Source: an uncultured Elusimicrobia bacterium
GTDB taxonomy: Bacteria; RUG730
Assembly (NCBI GenBank): GCA_900321865.1
Contig: ONXP01000041.1
Location: 1-52,301 of the forward strand
Reading direction: 5' to 3'
Length of the DNA stretch: 52,301 nucleotides
The notes beneath the pieces were generated by a model, which saw only the letters and a list, made by a program, of their open reading frames with translations, was not told the origin of the DNA and searched no databases. The translations under genes were made by a program, and so were the position numbers. Below are positions 1 through 8,488 of the stretch, piece by piece. How positions within the stretch are numbered: position 1 is the first letter of the stretch; the number at the start of each line of letters is the position of its first letter.

Positions 1-887
1 ATAATAAAAAAATTGTAATAAAAGCTGATGGGCTTGCCCAAGGAAAAGGGGTTTTTATTATTTCTTCAAAAGAAGAAGCTAAAGGAATTTTTGATTTGCT
101 TTTTAACAAAAAAATTTTAAAAACTTCTGCTCAAAATATAGTAATTGAGGAATTTTTAGAAGGATATGAAATTAGTTCTCATATATTCGTAAATGGAGAT
201 GAGTATAAAATTTTACCGTTTTCCCAGGATCATAAACAAGTTTTTGACAATGATTTAGGCCCAAATACTGGCGGGATGGGAGCCTTTGCACCTTGTCCAT
301 TAATTAATTCTTCTTTGTCAGAAAAAATTGAAAAAAAAATAATTGTTCCTCTAATTAATGCCTTAAACAAAGAAAATATTTCGTATCATGGAGTTCTTTA
401 TATTGGTTTAATAATTGATAAAAATGAGCCTTTTGTCTTGGAATTTAATGTTAGATTTGGAGATCCTGAAACCCAGGTAATTTTACCTATACTAGATATC
501 GATTTGTTAGAAATTATGAATATTATTGCTAACGATGATAAAATAAAATTTTCAAACTTTAAAATTGTAAGCAAAAATAATTTTGCTGTTTGTCTGACTT
601 TGGCAAGTTCTGGCTATCCTAATGAATACGAAAAAGGGAAAATTATAAATATTAATTTTGATAAGATTGACCAAAAAAATACATTTATTTTGCATGCAGG
701 AACTAAACTGGATAATCAAAATAATTTAATCACAAATGGTGGCAGAGTTTTATCGCTTTTAACAATTGGGAATTCTTTAGGCGATGCTAGAGAAAAAGCA
801 TATAAAGAAGTAGAAAATATTTCTTTTCAAGGTATGCATTATAGAAAAGATATTGCTTTTAGAAAAGAGTTAAGAAAGTTTTTATAA
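1..887 (+). CDS. purD: Phosphoribosylamine--glycine ligase (5'-truncated by window edge)
   Basis: The window start reads VIKADGLAQGKGV upstream of the ORF-track start. Also IEEFLEG.E.S, SQDHK, GPNTGGMGA, LEFNVRFGDPETQ and T.GGRVL, all GARS motifs. Confidence 0.97.
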   Translation, partial: NKKIVIKADGLAQGKGVFIISSKEEAKGIFDLLFNKKILKTSAQNIVIEEFLEGYEISSHIFVNGDEYKILPFSQDHKQVFDNDLGPNTGGMGAFAPCPLINSSLSEKIEKKIIVPLINALNKENISYHGVLYIGLIIDKNEPFVLEFNVRFGDPETQVILPILDIDLLEIMNIIANDDKIKFSNFKIVSKNNFAVCLTLASSGYPNEYEKGKIININFDKIDQKNTFILHAGTKLDNQNNLITNGGRVLSLLTIGNSLGDAREKAYKEVENISFQGMHYRKDIAFRKELRKFL

Positions 888-1035
888 GTTTTTTTATTTT
901 TATTTTTATTTTTAAAATAATCTGAAAGATTTGTTTTTTGATTTTCCTGTTAAAAAATATTTAACAAAGTTTTACAGATTTTTAAATCTATTACATTTAC
1001 AAAATCCTGAAATTTAAAACTTTTTATTAAAAAAA

Positions 1036-2199
1036 TTATGAAAACTTTTCAATATTTTTTACAATCGCAAGGAGTGCCTTTACTCCGCCTTCCATAGCAT
1101 CCTCGTCGATATTAAAAAAAGGACTGTGCCAATCATGATTTATCCCTTTTTTTTCGTTCCCAGCTCCCAAATAAAAATATACACCTTTTACATATTTTAA
1201 ATATTCTGAAAAATCGTCCCCGCCCATACTTGGCTCATTTAAAGAAATGACTTTTTCAAAAATATTTTCTTCTTTAAAAATACCAAAAAGGGTTTCCGTC
1301 ATAATGCTATCATTTATCAAGGCTCCATTAGTATTTTTAATTTCTAAATTGTATTTAAGGTTATAAATATTTGAAAAACTTTCTAAAATAATTTTTATTT
1401 TTTCGCAAATTATGTTTCTTTCCCAATCATCAAAAGTTCTAAGAGTCCCTTCTAAAACAGCCTCACTAGGAATAACATTGTATGTTGTCCCGCTGGAAAA
1501 CTTACAAATGCTCAAAACAGCAGATTTATTAGGATTAATGTTTCTAGAAATAATAGTATTTAAAGCTAAAACTATTTGACTAGATGCCAAAATAATATCT
1601 GTAGATTTCTGGGGAATAGCAGCATGTCCACCATGCCCCGTCAGATGTATTCTTATTTCATCGACAGAAGCCATAAATTCTCTTGGCTTTAAGGCAACTG
1701 AAAAACAAGGGATATCTGTTTTTACATGAAGTGCAAAAATCGATTTAACATCTTTTAAAACCCCTTTTTTTATTAAATCTTTTGCTCCTCCTTCACCTTC
1801 TTCGTTTGGCTGAAAAATTAGTCTAACTCGCCCATCTATACGATGTTTTTGATTATTTGCTAATTCCCTAGCTAAACCTAAAAGAATAGCAGTATGAGAG
1901 TCATGCCCACAAGCATGCATTTTACCAATATTTTTTGATGCATAAGATAAATTATTTTGCTCTAAAATTTTTAAAGCATCAATATCAGCACGAAAAGCTA
2001 TTAAATTCGCTGAATTTTTATCACCTATATCTACTATTACACCTGTGTTTACTTTTTTATATTCTAAATTTAGTTTTTCTATCTCGCTAACAATTAATTT
2101 TTGTGTTTCTATTTCTTCTGTCCCTAATTCCGGAGCGGAATGAAGTTTTCTACGAATATCTACAATATAATTTTTGGTAGTTTCCAAAAGCTCAATCAT
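1036..2199 (-). CDS. M20D family amidohydrolase (hippurate hydrolase / N-acyl amino acid deacetylase-like)
   Basis: RRKLH..PE, FRADIDAL, MHACGHD.H, IFQPNEE, G.GGHAA.P, GGDDFS and H.P.F.IDE motifs. Confidence 0.92.
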   Translation of the reverse strand: MIELLETTKNYIVDIRRKLHSAPELGTEEIETQKLIVSEIEKLNLEYKKVNTGVIVDIGDKNSANLIAFRADIDALKILEQNNLSYASKNIGKMHACGHDSHTAILLGLARELANNQKHRIDGRVRLIFQPNEEGEGGAKDLIKKGVLKDVKSIFALHVKTDIPCFSVALKPREFMASVDEIRIHLTGHGGHAAIPQKSTDIILASSQIVLALNTIISRNINPNKSAVLSICKFSSGTTYNVIPSEAVLEGTLRTFDDWERNIICEKIKIILESFSNIYNLKYNLEIKNTNGALINDSIMTETLFGIFKEENIFEKVISLNEPSMGGDDFSEYLKYVKGVYFYLGAGNEKKGINHDWHSPFFNIDEDAMEGGVKALLAIVKNIEKFS

Positions 2200-2218
2200 A
2201 AATAAAAATGCTCCAATT

Positions 2219-3100
2219 TTATAAAATAACTTTATTTAAAGAATATTCTATAATGCCTTCGGCACCATTTCTCTTTAAAAGTGGGAGCAATTTTTTAGCC
2301 TCATTAGCACCTATTATAACCTCTAATGCTACCCAATTTTTATCCTGAAGAGGCGAAATCGTTGGTTTTCTTAAACCACTTAAAAGTCCAGAAATTTTAT
2401 CTAAATTATCAAGGCTAACATTTAATTTTAGCCCAACTAAATTTTCTGCCAAAAGCGCTCCGTTTAAAAGCATCATTAAATTTTCAATTTTTTCTTTTTT
2501 CCAAGGATCAGATAGGGTTTTTTTATTTGCTATAAATCTAGTCGTAGAATTTAATAACTCTGCAACGATTTTTAATTTATTTGCTCTAAGTGAACTCCCT
2601 GTTTCTGTCAGTTCTACTATAGCATCAACCAAGGCTGGAGTTTTTGCTTCTGTTGCTCCCCAAGAAAATTCTACATTTACATCAATATTTTTTTCTTTAA
2701 AATAATTTTTTGTAAAATTAACAAGCTCCGTTGCTATTCTTTTGCCTTTTAAATCTTCTATGCTTTTTATATCTGATGCTTCGGGAACAGCCAAAACCCA
2801 TCTAACAGGCCTAAAGCCACTTTTGGCATATATTAATTCTCCAACCATTTCCACATCAGCCCCTGTTTCACATATCCAATCATATCCAGTTAACCCTGCA
2901 TCAAAAACTCCTTCTTCGACATATTTAGCCATTTCTTGACTACGAACCAAAATTATTTCTAATTCTTCATCGTCGCAATATGGAAAATAAGATCTAGAAC
3001 TAGAAACTACTCTAATTCCAGCTTTTTTAAAAAGATCTATCGTTGATTCCTGTAAACTTCCCTTTGGGAGCCCTAATTTTAATTTTTTATTAGAAGACAT
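2219..3100 (-). CDS. hisG: ATP phosphoribosyltransferase, long form
   Basis: [40 protein letters not shown], plus the C-terminal regulatory domain (PTISPL). Confidence 0.96.
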   Translation of the reverse strand: MSSNKKLKLGLPKGSLQESTIDLFKKAGIRVVSSSRSYFPYCDDEELEIILVRSQEMAKYVEEGVFDAGLTGYDWICETGADVEMVGELIYAKSGFRPVRWVLAVPEASDIKSIEDLKGKRIATELVNFTKNYFKEKNIDVNVEFSWGATEAKTPALVDAIVELTETGSSLRANKLKIVAELLNSTTRFIANKKTLSDPWKKEKIENLMMLLNGALLAENLVGLKLNVSLDNLDKISGLLSGLRKPTISPLQDKNWVALEVIIGANEAKKLLPLLKRNGAEGIIEYSLNKVIL

Positions 3101-3218
3101 TTTTTACCTCTATTTAAAGCAAATATTTTTTAATTATATGAATTTATTAAATAAAAAACAAAATTTTTATATAATAATTATTAAAATTTACAATTGATTA
3201 ATAAAAGGCTTTTATTTT

Positions 3219-4142
3219 ATGAAAATTAATACTAATTTCTTAATAATTGGGCTAGGCTTACTAGGTGGAAGCATTGCAAAAAAATTAAAAAGCATCCAAA
3301 ATAGCAACATTGACAATATTTTTGCTCTTTCCCACAAAAATGAAACGGTAATTTTGGCTAAAAATTTAGATTTAGTTAAATATTCTGACATTTCACTAGA
3401 AAATGTTTTATCAAATATTAAACCTCTGGAAAATATTGTAATAATTATAGCTACTCCACCAAATTTAGTTCACGAAACAATTCTAAAAATAATAAAAAAT
3501 TTACCCATAATTAACCATAAAAATATCATAATAACGGACATTAGCAGTGTAAAATCTGAAATTTATGAAAATATTAAAGAAATAATCCCACAAAACATAA
3601 CATTTATAGGTTCTCATCCTATGACTGGAAAAGAAACTAACGGTTTAATTAATAGCGATAAAAATTTATTGGATAATTCTATAACTTTTATTACACCTAT
3701 TGAAGACAAACCTTATACTAAAAATTATGAAAAAAATTTAAACTTCCTTTGCGAATTTTGGGAAAAACTAAATACAAAGCCCATAATTATAGAAAGTGAT
3801 AAACACGATGAATTAGTTGCCTTAACTAGCCATTTTCAGCACATTCTATCGGCTATAGACATAAATTTAACCTCTAAATCCAAATATTTTGACCTTATTC
3901 CTCTGGCTATAGGAGGATCTTTTATGAGCAATACCAGAATAGCCAAATCTGATCCCAGCCTCTGGACCGACATCATTTTTAAAAATAAAAAAAATATTTT
4001 GCCAATATTAAAACAATACAAAAATTTATTAGAAGAGTTTGAAAAAATTTTAACTGAAAATGATAGAGAAAAGATTTTAAAATTTTTGGAAAATACTCAA
4101 AAAACTAAAATTTTTTTAGATAATCAAACAGAAAAAATATAA
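3219..4142 (+). CDS. tyrA: Prephenate/arogenate dehydrogenase
   Basis: IIGLGLLGGS Rossmann motif, TDISSVK, GSHPMTGKE, HDELVA.TSH, TRIA.SDP.LW.DI. Confidence 0.9.
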   Translation: MKINTNFLIIGLGLLGGSIAKKLKSIQNSNIDNIFALSHKNETVILAKNLDLVKYSDISLENVLSNIKPLENIVIIIATPPNLVHETILKIIKNLPIINHKNIIITDISSVKSEIYENIKEIIPQNITFIGSHPMTGKETNGLINSDKNLLDNSITFITPIEDKPYTKNYEKNLNFLCEFWEKLNTKPIIIESDKHDELVALTSHFQHILSAIDINLTSKSKYFDLIPLAIGGSFMSNTRIAKSDPSLWTDIIFKNKKNILPILKQYKNLLEEFEKILTENDREKILKFLENTQKTKIFLDNQTEKI

Positions 4143-4320
4143 AATTAATTTTGTATCAATTTTCTAAAAACTGTTTATCTATAATTTTAGATTTTCAAAA
4201 TTTTAAGAAATTTTGTTAAAAATATTGATAAAAGCGAAAAATATTTTATTTTTAGATTAATAAAATAAATTATTAAAACACTTTATAAAAACTATAATAC
4301 TTTAATTAATAGGGAAAAAT

Positions 4321-4974
4321 ATGCTTAAAAATAAAAAAATTATCGTTTTGTTGTCTTTTATGTTTATTTTTAGTTACAATTTTTTATTTTCTTATACTCC
4401 TACCAAATCCACTGAAATTGCATCTAATCCTAATAAATACCTAAATAAAGAAGTTTTAATTTATATAAAATTTGGGTCTTTAACTATGAATTCGGGGAGA
4501 TACGGCTTTTTTACAGAATTAAATGTAAACGAAATACTTTATAGATACAATTATTACGACAAAACTTTAAAAGACGAAATATCAAAATTCAAAAATCGAG
4601 ACAAAGTTTCTGTAAAAGGAAAAGTTAGACTTGACGGGTTTAAAGCTATAATTGATGTAGATTCTGTTAATAAAGATTGGGTTGACACAAATCTTTTGCC
4701 TGCTACTCCTGATACTATTATGGTCACATGCCCTGAGTGCGGAGAAACTTTTAAATACAAAATTACTCCCGAAGATTACAAAAAATCTGTCATAAATAAT
4801 CGAAAAGAAGATACTATAACCAAAGTCGTATCTAATAATAAACCTAAAAATATTAATTCTAGTTCTAATTCTTTATCTAAAAAAAATAATTCAACTAAAT
4901 CTTCTCAATCTAAAAAAACTAAAACTGTTCAAAAACAAAGCACTTCATCGTCTATGGAAGACTGGACATTTTAA
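4321..4974 (+). CDS. Hypothetical exported protein (OB-fold-like core, single CxxC, Ser/Lys-rich tail)
   Basis: Basic N-terminus plus hydrophobic signal segment. NP.KY.NK.V...DKVSVKGKV pattern typical of extracytoplasmic OB folds. TCPECGETF. Low-complexity C-terminus. Confidence 0.6.
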   Translation: MLKNKKIIVLLSFMFIFSYNFLFSYTPTKSTEIASNPNKYLNKEVLIYIKFGSLTMNSGRYGFFTELNVNEILYRYNYYDKTLKDEISKFKNRDKVSVKGKVRLDGFKAIIDVDSVNKDWVDTNLLPATPDTIMVTCPECGETFKYKITPEDYKKSVINNRKEDTITKVVSNNKPKNINSSSNSLSKKNNSTKSSQSKKTKTVQKQSTSSSMEDWTF

Positions 4975-5032
4975 GTTTATAAAAAAAAATAAGTGATAAA
5001 AAATTTATAAATCAATTTTTTATTTTAATTTT

Positions 5033-5656
5033 ATGACAAATTCACCAGAAAAAATAATTTCTATTTTAAAAGATCTCTATAAAAATGAAAACAAAACATT
5101 TTTAAATTTTTCTAACAATTTTGAGCTTTTGATTGCTGTGATTTTATCAGCTCAAACAAAAGACGAAAGAGTAAATTTTGTAACCAAAAATCTTTTCAAA
5201 AAATACAATTCTCCAAAGGCTTTAGCCTTTGCCGATCCTTTGGATGTAGAAAATATAATAAAATCTTGTGGTTTTTTTAAAGTAAAAACAAAAAATATTA
5301 TTTCAACCTCTAAAAAACTTGTAGAAAATTTTTCTGGGATTGTTCCTCTAAATATGAAAGATCTTTTGACTCTAAATGGAGTTGCTAGAAAAACTGCAAA
5401 TATTGTTTTATCTTATAATAATATTATAGAAGGAATAGCAATAGACACTCATGTAAAAAGGGTTTCATTGGTTTTAAAATTAACAAAATCCAGAAATCCA
5501 GTGATTATTGAAAAAGATTTAATGAACTTGTTTGATAAAAAATATTGGAAAGACATAAACAGTCTTTTTATTTTATTTGGCAGAAATATTTGTAAAGCAA
5601 AAAATCCTAAATGTAATATTTGCCCATTCTTTAAAATTTGCACAAAAAATTTATAA
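5033..5656 (+). CDS. nth: Endonuclease III
   Basis: LLIAVILSAQT.D, HhH L.GVARKTAN, IDTHV.R and C-x6-C-x2-C-x5-C Fe-S loop. Confidence 0.96.
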   Translation: MTNSPEKIISILKDLYKNENKTFLNFSNNFELLIAVILSAQTKDERVNFVTKNLFKKYNSPKALAFADPLDVENIIKSCGFFKVKTKNIISTSKKLVENFSGIVPLNMKDLLTLNGVARKTANIVLSYNNIIEGIAIDTHVKRVSLVLKLTKSRNPVIIEKDLMNLFDKKYWKDINSLFILFGRNICKAKNPKCNICPFFKICTKNL

Positions 5657-6976
5657 ATCTATCATTCCCTTATTTCGCAATTTTTTATGATATGAAACTG
5701 CAAACCTATGTGCTTCGTCCCTAATATATCTAATAAGCTTTAAAATGCTAGAATTCATATCTAATCTGATTGGAATTTTTTGATTTTCCAAAAAAATCAG
5801 CTCTTCTTTTTTAGCTATAGAAATTATTGGAATATTTTTGTTTAATTTCTTTTTTATTTCAACAGCACTAGAAAGTTGCCCCTTTCCCCCATCTATTAAA
5901 AGCAAATCAATATCTTTTATGTCGTCCGCCATTAAAGTTCTTTCTATCACTTCTCTCATCATAGCAAAATCGTTTGGCTCATCTGGGAGAGTTTTTATTT
6001 TATAACGCCTGTATTTTTCTTTACAAGGCTTTCCATCTACAAAAACCACCCTGGATCCTACTGCAAATTTTCCGCTAATATTAGAAATATCAAAGCCTGC
6101 TATAGTCTTTACTTTTTTATCTAAATTAAAAATGTTCTCTAGTTTTGCTAATTCTTCTTCGTTTTTATTATAAATTTCCTGGACTCTAAGGATATCTTTT
6201 TCTGTAATTTGCCAAACCTTTATATCAAAACTTTTATTTTTTATCTTTTCTAGTGCAAAAATTTTATTTTTCAAAATTTCTGCTTTTTCAAATTCCATAT
6301 TTTTTATAAAAAGTTTTATATCTTCTGCCCATTTTTTAAGCAATTTTTTATAATCGAACTTTATAAAAGATTTTATGTCTAAAATCATATTTTTATACAA
6401 AGTTTCATCCACATCATAAAAACACGGAGCAAGGCATTTATGCATAAAATAGTTTAGACACGGCCTTTTTTCTTTAGTTTTTAGAGATTTTTTGCATTTT
6501 CTGATATTAAAAATTTTCTTTATAATACTCAAAATATCTTTTAAAATTTTCACATCTACATAAGGTCCAAAATATTTTCCACCATCATCTTCTACTTTTC
6601 TAGTTATAAAAATTCTAGGATATTTTTCATTTGTAATCTTTAGATATGGATAAGTTTTATCGTCCTTTAGATCTATATTAAATTTTGGCATAAACCTTTT
6701 AATTAAAGTATTTTCCCAAAGAAGTGCCTCTTTTTCATCCTTTGTAAGCATGTAGTCTATATATTTAATATTTTGAAGCAAAACTAAAGTTTTTATATTA
6801 TTATTGTCTCTAAAATAGCTAAAAATTCTTTTCCTTAGGTTTTTTGCCTTGCCAATATAAATAATTTCATTTTTTGCATCTTTATAAAAATAAACACCAG
6901 GGAAACTAGGCAAATTTTTTAAAAAACTTTTTAGTCTTTCTCTATTATCCTTTATATAAGATTCTGATTTGAACAT
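5651..6976 (-). CDS. uvrC: Excinuclease ABC subunit C, short form lacking C-terminal HhH
   Basis: GIY-YIG domain (PGVY..YIGKAKNL..R), Cys-rich CL..C.APC, UVR-like FEKA, RNase H-like (GFDIS, IDGGKGQL, RDEAHRFA). The protein ends soon afterwards. Confidence 0.9.
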   Translation of the reverse strand: MFKSESYIKDNRERLKSFLKNLPSFPGVYFYKDAKNEIIYIGKAKNLRKRIFSYFRDNNNIKTLVLLQNIKYIDYMLTKDEKEALLWENTLIKRFMPKFNIDLKDDKTYPYLKITNEKYPRIFITRKVEDDGGKYFGPYVDVKILKDILSIIKKIFNIRKCKKSLKTKEKRPCLNYFMHKCLAPCFYDVDETLYKNMILDIKSFIKFDYKKLLKKWAEDIKLFIKNMEFEKAEILKNKIFALEKIKNKSFDIKVWQITEKDILRVQEIYNKNEEELAKLENIFNLDKKVKTIAGFDISNISGKFAVGSRVVFVDGKPCKEKYRRYKIKTLPDEPNDFAMMREVIERTLMADDIKDIDLLLIDGGKGQLSSAVEIKKKLNKNIPIISIAKKEELIFLENQKIPIRLDMNSSILKLIRYIRDEAHRFAVSYHKKLRNKGMIDL

Positions 6977-6991
6977 ATTTTTATGAAAGTT

Positions 6992-8359
6992 TTAAACTAA
7001 ACTTAATTTTTTAAAATTTTTATATTCTTTATAAAAAAAGCTGGCTGTTATAATTATAATAACAATGTCAACAAATGGATAAATATTCCAAATCCCATTT
7101 AGCCCCCAAATTTTTGGAAAAATAATCAATGCTGGAATAAATAAAAAAACTTGCCTTGTAAGGTTTAACATCATAGAAAGTTTTGCTTTTCCTATTGACA
7201 TAAAAAAATTTATAAAAGTAATATTAAATCCCAAAAGGACAACCATCGCCATTAACATTCTTAGTCCTTTCACCGCCAAAAAAAATAATTCTGAATTTGT
7301 ATCTTTACAAAAAATCGCAACTATATTTTTTGTAAACCCTTCTAATAAAATAAATGAAGGAATAGTTATAAAAAGACTAAGAAGAGTGCTATATTTCATA
7401 ACTTCTATTACTCTATTATAATTTTTTGCACCAAAATTATAACCTGAAACAGGCTGACATCCTTGACTTAGCCCTATTATAACAAACAAAACTAAAGAAA
7501 ATACGGTATTTATTATAACCATTGCTCCAATTGCAATGTCCCCACCATAAAATTTTAAAGTTCTATTTAAAATAATAATTATAATGCTGGATACTATCTG
7601 CATAAAAAATTGCGGAAAACCCTTTGAAAATACATCAAAAATGATATTTTTATCCAATTTTAAATCTCTAAAATGTAAACTTAAAACTCTATCTTTATTT
7701 ATTCTAAAATGATAAAAAACAAAAATGCTGGAAAAAATCATCCCAAGATCTGTCGCAATGGCTGCACCTTTTACTCCCATTTTAAATGTAAATATAAAAA
7801 TAGGATCTAAAATTATATTTGTTATAGTCGCAATTAAAATGGTCGCCATAGCGGTTTTTACATTTGATTCTGCTCTTATAATATTATTAAGCCCCATAGA
7901 TGTGAATTGAAAAAATAAAAACGGTAAAATTAACAAAAAATACTGCTTTGCAAATGGAAATGTAGCCTCACTTGCTGCACAAAGATACATCAGGTTATCA
8001 ACGAATAAAAAACAGATTATAAAAAGCAAAATAGAAATTATACAATAAAAGCTAACGGCATTTCCTAAAATTTTTTGGGCATAAAACTTATTCTTTTCGC
8101 CTAATTTAATAGAAACTAAAATTCCAGATCCAACACTAATTATTATCTCCAAAGCAAAAAAAATAGTCATAATAGGAAAAACTAGTCCTATTCCCGTCAA
8201 CTCCGTTGTCCCTAATCTCCCTATATAAATTCTGTCTACAACATTGTAAAGAGCAGCAACTAAATTTGCTAAAATTGCTGGAATAGAATTTCTAATAATT
8301 AAATTTAAAATTTTATCAGTTCCTAGCTTTTCTGTATTTTTCTTCCCCATAAATTTCAA
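6992..8359 (-). CDS. MATE family efflux transporter (MepA-like)
   Basis: LYNVVDRIYIG, NIILDPIFIF, GVKGAAIAT, QP.SGYNFGAK, about 12 hydrophobic segments. Confidence 0.93.
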   Translation of the reverse strand: MKFMGKKNTEKLGTDKILNLIIRNSIPAILANLVAALYNVVDRIYIGRLGTTELTGIGLVFPIMTIFFALEIIISVGSGILVSIKLGEKNKFYAQKILGNAVSFYCIISILLFIICFLFVDNLMYLCAASEATFPFAKQYFLLILPFLFFQFTSMGLNNIIRAESNVKTAMATILIATITNIILDPIFIFTFKMGVKGAAIATDLGMIFSSIFVFYHFRINKDRVLSLHFRDLKLDKNIIFDVFSKGFPQFFMQIVSSIIIIILNRTLKFYGGDIAIGAMVIINTVFSLVLFVIIGLSQGCQPVSGYNFGAKNYNRVIEVMKYSTLLSLFITIPSFILLEGFTKNIVAIFCKDTNSELFFLAVKGLRMLMAMVVLLGFNITFINFFMSIGKAKLSMMLNLTRQVFLFIPALIIFPKIWGLNGIWNIYPFVDIVIIIITASFFYKEYKNFKKLSLV

Positions 8360-8419
8360 GCCTCTTATTTTATTTAAAAATCATTTTTATAATTTTAAGG
8401 TTTATGTATCAATAAAAAA

Positions 8420-8454
8420 CCCTAGATCTTATAAAAATTTTATAAAATCTAGGG
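8420..8454 (-). terminator. Probable intrinsic terminator downstream of the giant gene
   Basis: Inverted repeat CCCTAGAT...ATCTAGGG with inner TATAAAA/TTTTATA pairing, followed by a T run on the minus strand, about 35 nt after the stop at 8489. Confidence 0.7.
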
Positions 8455-8488
8455 AAAAATTTAAAAATATTTTTATAAATTTTATTTT

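Noticed and set aside
2742-5643. Short antisense ORFs over hisG, tyrA, the 4321 gene and nth (and similar ones over leuC, leuD, pheS, metG and prs)
   Set aside because: They lie entirely within better-supported genes and have no independent evidence.
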